Positions 18,246 to 28,204 of a stretch of DNA of 64,000 bases are shown here, one piece after another. A program made the translations under genes and the position numbers. The notes under the pieces were generated by a model that worked only from the letters and a program-made list of their open reading frames with translations, ran no database searches and was not told where the DNA came from. This DNA comes from Oscillospiraceae bacterium (GTDB lineage Bacteria > Bacillota > Clostridia > Oscillospirales > CAG-272), in contig CP091718.1 of the NCBI GenBank assembly GCA_022009675.1, positions 1,373,520 to 1,437,519 on the forward strand. The letters run 5' to 3'. Numbering within the stretch: position 1 is the first letter of the stretch; each line of letters opens with the position of its first letter.

Positions 18246-20213
18246 ATGAATATCAGACACTGTATGCGCCGCGGTTTGTCGGCGGGGCTTGCCTGCCTGC
18301 TGTTGTTTGCCGCTTCCTGTAGCCCGGATGCCGATATGCCGGGGACCACCACGGGAACAGACAGGGAAACGGGAACTGCCGCCGGAACGGCAGCTTCGGA
18401 GACCGTATCGAAGGAGGAAAGCGCGGAAATGAGTACGGAAGAAGAAACCATGCCTGTGGCGCCGACGGAGGCGGGGCATTTTGCAGACCCGGCGCATCTG
18501 CACGGCTTCGACAGCGAGCGGAACGGCGCCTACCTGAAGACCACGCAGTGTGCCGCGACCTTCAACGGGGACGGATCCCTGACGCTGACCGGTACATGGA
18601 GCGAGGGCGAGCATTTCAGCCCGTCGCTCAGGATTTCCTACTATTCGCTTATGAAAAACTGCCTGGATGGGTACAGCTCGGCGGAGGATATCGTGAATGG
18701 CGGGGAGGATCGGCGGTCGGTCGTTGTGTTTACGGTCAGCGTGGACGCATCGGTTGCCGGGGATACCGCGCTGAGCTATACGGCGGGAAGAAAGCGCGAG
18801 GTAACCGGCAGTGCCATTGCCGCCCGGGAGCCGGTCGGAACCGGTGAGCGGGAGTATATCCTGTTTGATTTGTCTGACAGTGATTTTTCGTCCGCCTACC
18901 TGCACACACTCCAGCTGGACTGGGGCTGGGGAACCGGGGACGCGGACAATATCGGCGCATCCGTGACGCTGTACGCCATTGATTTCTATGCATCTCCGGA
19001 GGAGGCAGCTGCCGTCATCGGGCAGGCGCCGCAGCCGGAGGACAATGGCAACTACCCGCTGGGCGTGGCGGCGGATCGGCTGGATACGCTGATGGCTGAC
19101 ATATTCTCCGGGAACACCGTCCGGAACGAGACGGTCATGTTCCTGGATCCGGGCGATGTCCGTTCGCTCCTGTTCCGCATCGACGAGGTGCTCTCCGTGA
19201 CCTCCTATGACGGCAGTCGAGTCTACGAGGAGGGCATTGACTACGCGGTGGATGACGGAAAGCTGATCGCGCTGGAGGGTGGCTCCATCCCCTGCATCAC
19301 GAGCGGGAAGTATTACGGAGCCGACTCGGATTCACTGCTGGTCACAAGGCATGACGGGAAAAAAACGTCCCCCACCCACTGGGGCGAGGGCAGAGCCATG
19401 ACCGATTGGCAGGTCAATGTTACCTATACCCATTCCGATACGTGGGAGGGCTTCCGGCAACCGTGTTCCGCCGGCGTGTACGCGGACTTTTTCCGGAAAC
19501 TGCAGAATGGGGAGGACGTGACCGTAATCTTTTACGGGGACAGCTGTACCTATGGGGCGGCATCCTCCTTTGCCTACGGCTATTCGCCGTTCCAGTATTC
19601 CTACGCACTGCTCGTGACCAATGCGCTGGCGGATCTGTTCGACTATACGGTGCACTATGCGTCCGCTGTCGGTCCGATGCCCGGCAAGGATTACGTGCGC
19701 GGGACGCGGGGGACCATTACCTACATCAATCCGTCCGTCGGCGGCTGGAATTCGGCTGACGGCGTCGCGCAGTATGACACCGACCTTGCCCCGCTGATCG
19801 CCCGGTACGGCTGTGATCTGTTCGTTCTGGATATAGGCGGAAACGACGGCGATCGGGCGGCACGGGAGGTTCGGTTGAATGACGAGACCATCCTGAACCG
19901 GGTGCTGGAGGATGCGCCGGGGACGAGTCTGCTGGTCATGTCCACCATGGTGCCGAATCCGAGCGCGACCAACGGCTGGTTCGGCAAGGAGTACCTGCAG
20001 GAGCCGCAGCTTATCCGCATGGCGGAGCGGTATCGCAAGCGCGGCATCCCCTGCGCGACCTGCTGCATGACTTCCATGACGCTCTCGGTGCTGGAGCGGG
20101 TGGATTTCCGCGATATCAGTGGCAACAACATTAACCATCCCAACGATTTCCTCGCCCGTATCTATGCGTGTACCCTGTTCCGCACGCTGGTCGGGTATGA
20201 TAATCTGACGTGA
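18246..20213 (+). CDS. Lipoprotein with a C-terminal SGNH/GDSL hydrolase domain
   Basis: Signal peptide plus lipobox FAASC. GDS block VIFYGDSCTYG, GGND block LDIGGNDG, and DxxH-like NHPND. Confidence 0.75.
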   Translation: MNIRHCMRRGLSAGLACLLLFAASCSPDADMPGTTTGTDRETGTAAGTAASETVSKEESAEMSTEEETMPVAPTEAGHFADPAHLHGFDSERNGAYLKTTQCAATFNGDGSLTLTGTWSEGEHFSPSLRISYYSLMKNCLDGYSSAEDIVNGGEDRRSVVVFTVSVDASVAGDTALSYTAGRKREVTGSAIAAREPVGTGEREYILFDLSDSDFSSAYLHTLQLDWGWGTGDADNIGASVTLYAIDFYASPEEAAAVIGQAPQPEDNGNYPLGVAADRLDTLMADIFSGNTVRNETVMFLDPGDVRSLLFRIDEVLSVTSYDGSRVYEEGIDYAVDDGKLIALEGGSIPCITSGKYYGADSDSLLVTRHDGKKTSPTHWGEGRAMTDWQVNVTYTHSDTWEGFRQPCSAGVYADFFRKLQNGEDVTVIFYGDSCTYGAASSFAYGYSPFQYSYALLVTNALADLFDYTVHYASAVGPMPGKDYVRGTRGTITYINPSVGGWNSADGVAQYDTDLAPLIARYGCDLFVLDIGGNDGDRAAREVRLNDETILNRVLEDAPGTSLLVMSTMVPNPSATNGWFGKEYLQEPQLIRMAERYRKRGIPCATCCMTSMTLSVLERVDFRDISGNNINHPNDFLARIYACTLFRTLVGYDNLT

Positions 20214-20255
20214 AGGATTTTTGATAGCCTTCGCCGCGTCATACAGTCCGACCGC

Positions 20256-22292
20256 TCACAAAACCGGGGACGTCTCTGCATAGCGGACGCCCCCGGCCTT
20301 TTTGTTTATACGTTGGCTTTCGCCGTGCTGCACGCGTCCAGCGCGGCGGTGAGAATGTCGCGCTCCCGGAAGGGGAGACGGCTTTGTCCCGATCAGCTGG
20401 TAGTCCTCGTGCCCCTTGCCCGCCAGCAGGATCATGTCGCCGGGACGCGCCAGTGCGACTGCCGCGCGGATAGCGTCCGCCCGGTCGGGAATGCGCAGGC
20501 GCGGGCAGGCGCCCGGCGGGAAGGATGCATCAATTTCTCGGATGATGTCCTCCGGCGGCTCACAGCCGGGGTTGTCCGACGTCAGAATGCAGAGGTCTGC
20601 ACGGTTCGCCGCAGCCAGTGCCAGCTCCGCGCGCCGCCCGGTTGTGCGTTCGCCGACCGAGCCGAACAGGCAGATCAGCCGTGTGGGGCGATAAGCACGC
20701 AGTGTGTCCAGAATGGCGGCAAGGCTCAGTCCGTTGTGCGCGTAGTCGATGATATACGTGACGCCCGGCTGTGCGGGATGCGTGACGGTCTCAAACCGTC
20801 CCGGTACCGCCGCGTCCGCGAGCGCCTCCGCCGCCTGCGCGACCGGAACGCCGAAGCCCTCCCGGCACAGCGCCAGCGCACCCAGCGCATCGGACACGTT
20901 GAATACGCCCGGAAGAGGCAGAAAGCACGGCGAGGAGCCACCGGGCGCGGTCACGGTAAATGCCATCCCCGGCACGCCGTCCCGCTGTACCGGACGGATG
21001 TCTGCTGCCAGCCAGTCCGGGGATACGCCGCCGGGAACGGCGGGCTTGTCCGACACCGAAAAGCCCTGCACGGGTGCGGTAACGCCGCCCATCATGAACG
21101 CCGCCTCCGCGTCATCCGCGTTGCACAGCGCAAGACCCAGGGGATAGTCGGTGAACAGGCTTTTCTTGCAGGCGCGGTAGTGGGCATAGTCCGGATGCTC
21201 CACCCCGCCGATATGGTCGGGCGACAGATTGGTGAACAGGCAGGCGTGAAAGGGGATGCCCCGCACGCGTCCCATCCACAGCCCCTGTGAGGACACCTCC
21301 ATGACGCAGGTGCGCACGCCCGCGTCCAGCATCCGGCGCAGAATGCGGTGCAGCTCCAGGCTTTCCGGGGTGGAGTTCACGGTCGGGAGATGCAGCCCGG
21401 CGAAATCGGCACCGTTGGTGCCGATATACCCGGTCGGGATGCCGCACCGGTTCAGAATATGCGCCGCCAGGCAGGCGGTCGTGGTCTTCCCCTTGGTTCC
21501 GGTGATGCCGACTATGCGCATAGACCGTGCCGGATAGCCGTAGAATGCCGCCGCGCCGTCTGCCAGCGCCGCGCGGCTGTCCGGAACCCGGATGACGGCG
21601 GCGTCCCGGGGCAGGGCGGGGAGCGGCTGCTCGACAACGAAAGCCCGCGCGCCCTGCCGATAAGCTGCGGATGCGAAGTCGTGCCCGTCGCTCCGCATTC
21701 CGCGCAGGCAGAAGAACAGGCTGTCCGCTCCGGCGGCGCGGGAATCACAGCAGACAGAGCGGATGGGGGCATCCAGCAACCGTTCCCGGTCGCTCTCTGC
21801 GGCGGGTGCCAGCAGGTGCGGGGACGGCAGAGCGTCTATCAGTTCGCGCAGCGTGCAGGTCATGAGGCGCACCGCCTCGGTCTGCGCGGCGCCGTGTGCC
21901 GGCTGCTCTGCCATCAGGAGCCCCTCCAACGGATCGTACGACCGACCGGACAGCAGAACATAATCGGTGCCCAGCTCCCCGCCCCAGCGGGCAAGGAATG
22001 CCTCGGCGCTCGCCGAGCAGGGGATCAGTGCCAGCAATTTGCCGCTCTGCTCCGGAGCGGCGGCAAAGTCACGCAGGGCGCGCACACGCAGCCTGTCATT
22101 CAGCGTGCCCAGCGACACGGGGCGGTGGCGCGTATACAGGATCAGACTGAGGGACAGCCGTTGCCCGAACCACCAGCACATCACCTGGTGACGGCGAAAC
22201 AGTCGGCGCGCCAGACGCCCGGCGGCGGGGGAATCCGCTGCTGTTCCCAGCAGGACGGGGACGGCGGTATCGTACAGCCAGGGGGACTCCAT
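20256..22292 (-). CDS. murE: UDP-N-acetylmuramoyl-L-alanyl-D-glutamate--2,6-diaminopimelate ligase with an in-frame N-terminal extension of about 126-150 aa
   Basis: Mur ligase motifs GITGTKGKTT, DYAHNG and GKGHEDYQ. A C4/G4 run at 20372-20375 shifts the tail. The repaired end is ...KPSPFRERDILTAALDACSTAKANV-TAA at about 20306-20308. An internal RBS plus ATG sits at 21914. Confidence 0.85.
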   Translation of the reverse strand: MESPWLYDTAVPVLLGTAADSPAAGRLARRLFRRHQVMCWWFGQRLSLSLILYTRHRPVSLGTLNDRLRVRALRDFAAAPEQSGKLLALIPCSASAEAFLARWGGELGTDYVLLSGRSYDPLEGLLMAEQPAHGAAQTEAVRLMTCTLRELIDALPSPHLLAPAAESDRERLLDAPIRSVCCDSRAAGADSLFFCLRGMRSDGHDFASAAYRQGARAFVVEQPLPALPRDAAVIRVPDSRAALADGAAAFYGYPARSMRIVGITGTKGKTTTACLAAHILNRCGIPTGYIGTNGADFAGLHLPTVNSTPESLELHRILRRMLDAGVRTCVMEVSSQGLWMGRVRGIPFHACLFTNLSPDHIGGVEHPDYAHYRACKKSLFTDYPLGLALCNADDAEAAFMMGGVTAPVQGFSVSDKPAVPGGVSPDWLAADIRPVQRDGVPGMAFTVTAPGGSSPCFLPLPGVFNVSDALGALALCREGFGVPVAQAAEALADAAVPGRFETVTHPAQPGVTYIIDYAHNGLSLAAILDTLRAYRPTRLICLFGSVGERTTGRRAELALAAANRADLCILTSDNPGCEPPEDIIREIDASFPPGACPRLRIPDRADAIRAAVALARPGDMILLAGKGHEDYQLIGTKPSPLPGARHSHRRAGRVQHGESQRINKKAGGVRYAETSPVL
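20264..20296. terminator. Bidirectional terminator shared by the SGNH gene (+) and murE (-)
   Basis: ccggggacg ... cgcccccgg stem, flanked by aaaa and ctttttgttt. Confidence 0.65.
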
Positions 22293-22443
22293 CGGCGTTA
22301 TCTCCTTCTCCGCGCCCGAGCAGTCTGTCGGGCACTATGCTTTCCGGCTTATTATACCACACAATCCGGCGCCTGTCATCGGTTTGGAAGAAAATTTATG
22401 CGTTTTTTACCGATTCCGGCGAAAAACGCTGCGCCGCCTCCGG

Positions 22444-23635
22444 TCAGCGCTTCCCCAGCACCCGCGCACAGACCGTATCGGCGAAAGCCGTGACGGCGCG
22501 GAAGTCCATGGCGGCAGTGTATACTTTTCTCAAGGGCGAAGTGCGCCTCGGCGGCGGATGCCAGATGGCGGTCGGCGGCGCGCAGTGCCCCCTCGCGCAG
22601 GTGTTCCGCTTCGCGCAGGAGCGGACGGATCTGCCGCAGGCTGTCCGTGTCCAGGCAGGGGCGCAGGGACAGCATCCGGGGGTGCTCCGGGGTGGATGCA
22701 TCTGTCGCGGCATCGGCGCGGGACGGCTCACCGGGGGTGTACAGGATGCAAAGACCGCTGTCCCGGAACAGGATGCCGTCTGCGCGGTCGGGGCGCAGGG
22801 GATCGCAGAATGCCGACGCCGCGATGCCGCGCTCTGCCGCCTTGTGCCGGAGCAGGTGCAGGAGACGGTACCCGGCACCGGTGCGGTCGCTGATGCAGAG
22901 CAGTTTTGCCGCCAGCCGTTCGGGTGTGTCCAGCCGCGCACGCCCCGTCATGGCAAACGCCCGCCGGAATACCCCGGGCGGAACAGCCCCGGCGACCGCG
23001 CGCGTCCAGTCTCCGCCCCGGATTGCCAGCCGCAGGAGCCGCTCCGCCAGCGCGTCCAGCTTTGCCTCCCGCAGGCAGGGAGCTGTCAGACTTTCCGCCA
23101 CGCGGTCAGCTTCCCCTGCCGCCCGCAGACAGCGGTATGCGCGCTGGTACGCGGCGGATTTACGCAGATTCAGCCGCACGATGGCGTCCCGCTGTGCCGT
23201 CAGCATCCGGACGTCCCAGAAGGCGCCGAGGTCGAGCAGGTTTTCCCGCGTGCCGGGCAGTGTCGGCTCCCATGCGTGGGGGGCGGTGCCGTCCAGCATC
23301 CCGACAGTCCGCCCGTCCGGCGCGGTCAGGAGCAGGCCGTCCAGCGAGGCAGGGTCGGAGGAGCAGAGCAAGAACACGATCTGCCAGCCTGCCTCCCCGG
23401 CACACCGCGCTACCCGGCGCATAAGACCGCTTTTCCCGGTTCCGGGGCCTCCCTTGACGATGTACAGTGCGTCCGCCCCGGCGCCCGCGCTGAACAGAGC
23501 GGGGAAGTGATTCTCAAACCCGTGCTCCGAATTGGCGGCGGCAAACCAGATCTGCCGCGTCCCGCCTGCGTTTTTTTCTCCGTGTCCATACCGATTTCCT
23601 CCCGTTGCGCCGGCTGTGCCGGCAGTTTTACTCAC
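22444..23635 (-). CDS. P-loop NTPase of an uncharacterised Firmicutes family; frame break at the T4 run 22525-22528
   Basis: Walker A IVKGGPGTGKS, then CSSDPASLDG and DGTAPH. The repaired C-terminus is ...AHFALEKVYTAAMDFRAVTAFADTVCARVLGKR, with the stop at 22444. Confidence 0.6.
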
Positions 23636-23822
23636 AGAGTATGGAAAACGGGACGCTTCGGTGACAGGAACGGCGAAAAAATCGCGGTTTCCTGCAACCG
23701 CCGTGCGGCGGATTCTGTCTATACAGGTGAAGGGCCTTTCTGCGGGAGTGCCGATCAGACCGACTGCGCAGCTGCGGCGCGGAAGCGATCGGCGGTTTCC
23801 AAAACAATCGGAGGTAATGCAT

Positions 23823-24398
23823 ATGAAGGACGGTAATCAATCCCGGTACGCCTCGGATGAGGATATCCTGACTCTGTACAACCGTCGTGACGAGCAGGCA
23901 ATAGCCGCGACGCAGAGCAAGTACGGTTCCTACTGCCGTGCTGTTGCCGACCGCATCCTGCGTGTCCGGGAGGATGCCGAGGAATGCGTCAACGACACCT
24001 ACCTGCACGCATGGAACGCCATACCGCCCGCCCGACCGGGGAGTCTGCGGGCATTCCTCGGCGCAATCGTGCGCAATCTGGCAATCAACCGGCTGAACTA
24101 CAACCGGGCGAGGCGCCGCAATGCGGCAATCGTCGCGCTGGACGAGTTTGCCGCATGCCTGCCGGACGGCATCGAGCCGATAACCGACACGGTCGCTCTG
24201 CGGGCGGCGTTTGACAGCTTTCTTGCCTCCCTGCCGGAGCGGGAGCGCGTGATATTCGTGCGGCGGTACTGGTACCTATGCCCGGTGGCTGAGATTGCGC
24301 GGGGAATGGATATTCCGGAGGGGACGGTCAAGAGCATCCTGTCCCGCACGCGGGAGCGATTCCGGATACATCTGGAGAAGGAGGGTATTTTTGTATGA
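23823..24398 (+). CDS. ECF-type RNA polymerase sigma-70 family factor
   Basis: Region 2 reads DAEECVNDTYLHAW; region 4 reads LPERERVIFVRRYWYLCPVAEIARGMDIPEGTVKSILSRTR. GGAGG lies 8 nt before ATG 23823. Confidence 0.85.
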   Translation: MKDGNQSRYASDEDILTLYNRRDEQAIAATQSKYGSYCRAVADRILRVREDAEECVNDTYLHAWNAIPPARPGSLRAFLGAIVRNLAINRLNYNRARRRNAAIVALDEFAACLPDGIEPITDTVALRAAFDSFLASLPERERVIFVRRYWYLCPVAEIARGMDIPEGTVKSILSRTRERFRIHLEKEGIFV

Positions 24399-26278
24399 AA
24401 AAGAAGCAATGGGCGCAGAGCTTTTCCCTGATAGACGAAAAGTATGTTGAGGAGGCGGATCCGATGCGCGACGCGGGATGCGTCTCTGCCGTGCGGCGTC
24501 TCCGCCGCCGCATAATCACGCTGGCGGCGTGCGCAGCCGCCGTACTGCTGGGGCTTATCCTGTTTGTCCCGTACCGGACGGAGGTTCCGGACGTGTCCCG
24601 GTACGCGGACAGCGAGTACTATGCCGTCATTCAGCGGTTGAATGATGGGCAGGTGATAAAGCCGCGCTACCGCAACAATCTCGACTACCTGCTTTCAAAA
24701 ACATTATCCAAGACGGATGGGGATGATAAGAACTACGCGACTGGTGGGACGGGCACCGCAAACGGCGGAGAGGCGCGTCCGGAAACCGGTGCCTACCGGG
24801 AGACGACCGACAATCAGGTGGCGGGCATTGTTGAGGGTGACCTGCTCAAGCGGACCGATACCCGGATATACTACGCGGATAAAGACAGCGCGATGCTGCG
24901 CGTATATTCGGTCATGGGGGAGGATTCTGCCCTGCTTGGCAGCTTTGACCTGACACAGGTCACTGTCTACCCGTGCGAGATGTACCTGTCTGCCGACGGC
25001 AGATCCGTGACGCTCCTGTGCAACGGCGGGAATAACCAATCCATGATACTGCTTCTGGATGTGACGGATCCCGCCGCCATCCGGGTCACGAAGCAGGTAT
25101 CGCTGAGCGGAACACTGGTGACGTCCCGGCTGACCGGGAACGGGCTGACGCTGCTGGTGGTGACTTCCTCGCGTGCCGGCAGGAGGCAGGATTACAGCGA
25201 CCCGCTGAGCTTTGTTCCCGGCATAAACCGGGGTGACGGGCAGGGTATGCGTCCGCTGACGGCGGACTGCATCACGGTTCCGGCGGAGATGAGCGGCACC
25301 CAGTACAGCACGCTGACTGCCCTGCATGCGGAGACGTTGGATGTGCTGGATACCCGGTCGGTGCTGGCAGGAAAATTGGATGCCGTGTACGTGAACGCCG
25401 GGACAGTGTACCTTGCGTGGCGGTATACGGCTACGGAGACCGTCGGGGCGGATATCGTCACGCGGTTGCGCACCGGCATTCTGGGCATCGCCTATGACGA
25501 CGAGGGACTGACCGTCCGCGGCTCGGTCGCACTGGACGGCTACCTGCGAAACCAATACTGCATGGATGAGCGGGACGGCATCCTGCGTGTCGTGACGGGA
25601 ACCGCGAAAGATCGGTATCCCGCCGCCGCACTGGTCGGGCAGAACAACGCCGGCTTTGTGAGCAGTCTGAATGCCAACCTGTACTGCGTGTCGCTGGCGG
25701 CGGACGGCTGGCAGGTGGTCGGGCAGGACATCGGCTTTGCCCCGGATGGCGAGACGCTGCAGTCGGTTCGCTTTAACGGGCAGTATGCCTACGTCTGCAC
25801 GGCTGTGACAGTGACATTGATCGACCCCGTGTACTTCTTCGACCTGTCCGACCCCGCGCGCATTGTCCGGAAGGACACCGGCACCATCCCGGGCTCCTCG
25901 CACTCGCTGGTGCAGCTGCCGGACGGCAATCTGCTGGGGCTTGGCGTGGGCGAAACGGGAAGAACCTTCAAGGCGGAGGTGTACGCAGAGAGCGCGACCG
26001 GTGTCACGTCCGTATGCACATGGACACGCTCCAGAACGCGATTCAGTCAGAACTACAAGGCATACCTGATCGACCGGGAGGCGGGACTGTTCGGCGTTCC
26101 GCTGTACGAGACCTATGTACTGCTGCATTACGACGGGCATAGCCTGACATCTGTTCTGGAGGCAGACATTCCCAGCCCATTCTCGATCAGTCCGGACCTT
26201 GTGCGTGCGTTCCTTGCCGATGGCTGGCTGTATATCCTCAGTGGAGACAGCCTGATTGTGCGTGCTGTCGTGGCGTGA
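24395..26278 (+). CDS. Single-pass membrane protein with an extracytoplasmic beta-propeller domain (COG4880/Beta_propel-like); possible anti-sigma partner
   Basis: ATGA overlap with the sigma gene. A short cytoplasmic N-terminus is followed by a TM segment (ITLAACAAAVLLGLILFV) and DNQVAGIVEGDLLKRTDTRIYY, typical of this family. Confidence 0.7.
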   Translation: MKKKQWAQSFSLIDEKYVEEADPMRDAGCVSAVRRLRRRIITLAACAAAVLLGLILFVPYRTEVPDVSRYADSEYYAVIQRLNDGQVIKPRYRNNLDYLLSKTLSKTDGDDKNYATGGTGTANGGEARPETGAYRETTDNQVAGIVEGDLLKRTDTRIYYADKDSAMLRVYSVMGEDSALLGSFDLTQVTVYPCEMYLSADGRSVTLLCNGGNNQSMILLLDVTDPAAIRVTKQVSLSGTLVTSRLTGNGLTLLVVTSSRAGRRQDYSDPLSFVPGINRGDGQGMRPLTADCITVPAEMSGTQYSTLTALHAETLDVLDTRSVLAGKLDAVYVNAGTVYLAWRYTATETVGADIVTRLRTGILGIAYDDEGLTVRGSVALDGYLRNQYCMDERDGILRVVTGTAKDRYPAAALVGQNNAGFVSSLNANLYCVSLAADGWQVVGQDIGFAPDGETLQSVRFNGQYAYVCTAVTVTLIDPVYFFDLSDPARIVRKDTGTIPGSSHSLVQLPDGNLLGLGVGETGRTFKAEVYAESATGVTSVCTWTRSRTRFSQNYKAYLIDREAGLFGVPLYETYVLLHYDGHSLTSVLEADIPSPFSISPDLVRAFLADGWLYILSGDSLIVRAVVA

Positions 26279-26292
26279 TGACCGATGCGGAT

Positions 26293-26332
26293 CCGGGGGA
26301 GCCTTTCCTACGAGAGGCTCCCCCGGGTTTCT
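26293..26332 (+). terminator. Rho-independent terminator
   Basis: ccgggggagcc / loop / ggctcccccgg followed by gtttctt. Confidence 0.6.
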
Positions 26333-26398
26333 TCCCGGGAAATTGTGACCGTTCTGAAAACTCTTGCAGTCTGTTCCGGCGATTTGTGAAAAAAACTC

Positions 26399-26427
26399 TT
26401 GACAAGTGCCCGCCTTTATGCTATAAT
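26399..26427 (+). promoter_or_regulatory. Consensus sigma-70 promoter for the tRNA cluster
   Basis: TTGACA (26399-26404), 17-nt spacer, TATAAT (26422-26427). Confidence 0.65.
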
Positions 26428-26452
26428 AGGCGGCGGTTCGTGAGAGCGGTCT

Positions 26453-26526
<74 letters not shown>

Positions 26527-26530
26527 ATAT

Positions 26531-26607
<77 letters not shown>

Positions 26608-26670
26608 TCCCGGCACGCCGCAGGTGTTCGGGCAGGAGCTCTCGCGTTCCGCGGATTTTGTTTCCCCTAT

Positions 26671-26748
26671 GGTGGGTATAGCTCAGTTGGTTAGGGCGCC
26701 AGGTTGTGGCCCTGGAGGTCAAGGGTTCGAATCCCTCTACTCACCCCA
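26671..26748 (+). tRNA. tRNA-His (anticodon GTG) with G-1, CCA encoded
   Basis: An extra 5' G pairs with C73. Anticodon arm CCAGG-TTGTGGC-CCTGG, T-loop TTCGAAT. Confidence 0.9.
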
Positions 26749-26776
26749 TACTGTCAGGCGGTGTTCTGCCGCCGCG

Positions 26777-26803
26777 AAAAAGTCCCGGAAGCGGGGCTTT
26801 TTT
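26777..26803 (+). terminator. Terminator after the tRNA cluster
   Basis: agtcccg / gaag / cggggct followed by a T6 run. Confidence 0.6.
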
Positions 26804-26879
26804 GCGTTTCGGGGCTTTCACCGGGTGTCTCCGCCTGACGTCCCTGCCGTTCCGGCATGGGAAACAGAGCAAATAACTC

Positions 26880-26908
26880 TTGCTTTCCATGCCGGAATGT
26901 GCTATAAT
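26880..26908 (+). promoter_or_regulatory. Sigma-70-type promoter upstream of the ABC ATPase gene
   Basis: TTGCTT, 17-nt spacer, TATAAT (26903-26908). Confidence 0.5.
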
Positions 26909-26964
26909 GAACGGGAGAGATGTCGAAGCCGGGGATCGCGTCCCGGAAGAAAGGACAGGATACC

Positions 26965-28056
26965 ATGAAGGTGGAACTGCGGAATCTGACAAAGGTGTTT
27001 CCCGCCAGGGACAAAAGATCCGGCGAACCGGTCGTGGCGGTGGATCATTTCAATTTCACAATCCCGGACGGGGAACTGATCGGATTGCTGGGACCCTCCG
27101 GATGCGGCAAGAGCACCACGCTGTACATGATCTGCGGGTTGCTGGAGCCGTCGGAGGGGCAGATATTCTTCGGGGAGGATGACGTGACGGACCTGCCGCC
27201 CGAGGAACGCGGCGTGGGGCTGGTATTCCAGAACTATGCGCTGTACCCGCACCTGACGGTCAGGCAGAATATCCTGTTCCCGCTTCAGAATTTCAAGGGC
27301 GCGGATAAGCTCTCCAAGGAGGAGATGAACGCGAGGACGGAGGCGGCGGCACGCCTTGTGCAGATCGAATCCTTGCTGGATCGCAAGCCCGCCGAGCTGT
27401 CTGGCGGACAGCAGCAGCGGGTCGCCATTGCGCGGGCGCTGGTCAAACGGCCGCGCGTCCTGCTTTTGGACGAGCCGCTGTCCAATCTGGACGCGCGCCT
27501 GCGCCTGCGGACGCGCGAGGAGATCAAGCGCATTCAGCGGGAAACCGGCATCACGACCGTGTTCGTCACGCACGACCAGGAGGAGGCAATGTCCATCTCC
27601 GACCGCATCGTGGTCATGAAGGCGGGCGTCGTACAGCAGATCGGCAAGCCGCAGGAGGTGTACGATGCGCCGGTTAACCTGTTCGTTGCGCGCTTTCTCG
27701 GCACCCCGCCCATCAATGTGTTTGAGGGACGCGTGGCAGACGGCGCCCTGTACATCGGCAATGACCGGGTGCTGGACGCACCGGGACAGCCGAATCGTGC
27801 CGTGTGGGTCGGCGTGCGCCCGGAGGGCTTTTTGCCGGACGCGGAGGGCGGACTGCACTGCGCCCTGACCGGAACCGAGGTCATGGGGCGGGATACCAGC
27901 ATCATCGCCACGCACCCTGTCGCACAGAGCCAGACCATCCGTGCCATCATTAACGCCGATACCTGCCCGCCCCTGACGGCGGGGGAGGTGCACTTCTCGC
28001 TCAAGCCGCACAAGGTTCTGGTATTTGACAGGGAAACGGAGGAGCGGGTATTCTGA
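26965..28056 (+). CDS. Sugar-type ABC transporter ATP-binding protein (MalK/MsmX/UgpC family), no adjacent permease
   Basis: Walker A GPSGCGKST, Q-loop, signature LSGGQQQRVAIARA, Walker B LLLDEPLSNLD, and a C-terminal TOBE-like region. Confidence 0.9.
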   Translation: MKVELRNLTKVFPARDKRSGEPVVAVDHFNFTIPDGELIGLLGPSGCGKSTTLYMICGLLEPSEGQIFFGEDDVTDLPPEERGVGLVFQNYALYPHLTVRQNILFPLQNFKGADKLSKEEMNARTEAAARLVQIESLLDRKPAELSGGQQQRVAIARALVKRPRVLLLDEPLSNLDARLRLRTREEIKRIQRETGITTVFVTHDQEEAMSISDRIVVMKAGVVQQIGKPQEVYDAPVNLFVARFLGTPPINVFEGRVADGALYIGNDRVLDAPGQPNRAVWVGVRPEGFLPDAEGGLHCALTGTEVMGRDTSIIATHPVAQSQTIRAIINADTCPPLTAGEVHFSLKPHKVLVFDRETEERVF

Positions 28057-28098
28057 CCGCCCTGCGGCTCCTACGTCCAAACTGAAGTAAAAAATCAA

Positions 28099-28149
28099 CA
28101 GTCACCCCGCGTCTTCCGTCACTTTGACGCTTGCGCGGGGTGGCTGTTT
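28099..28149 (+). terminator. Long-loop hairpin with a short T-run after the ABC gene; a possible -35/-10 (TTGCGC-17-TATAAT, 28131-28159) overlaps it
   Basis: cagtcaccccgcg ... cgcggggtggctg followed by ttt. Confidence 0.4.
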
Positions 28150-28204
28150 GTAGTATAATAGAAAGGGAGGGGTATGCCCTTCATAGAAAGCGAGATAAAG
28201 CAGT

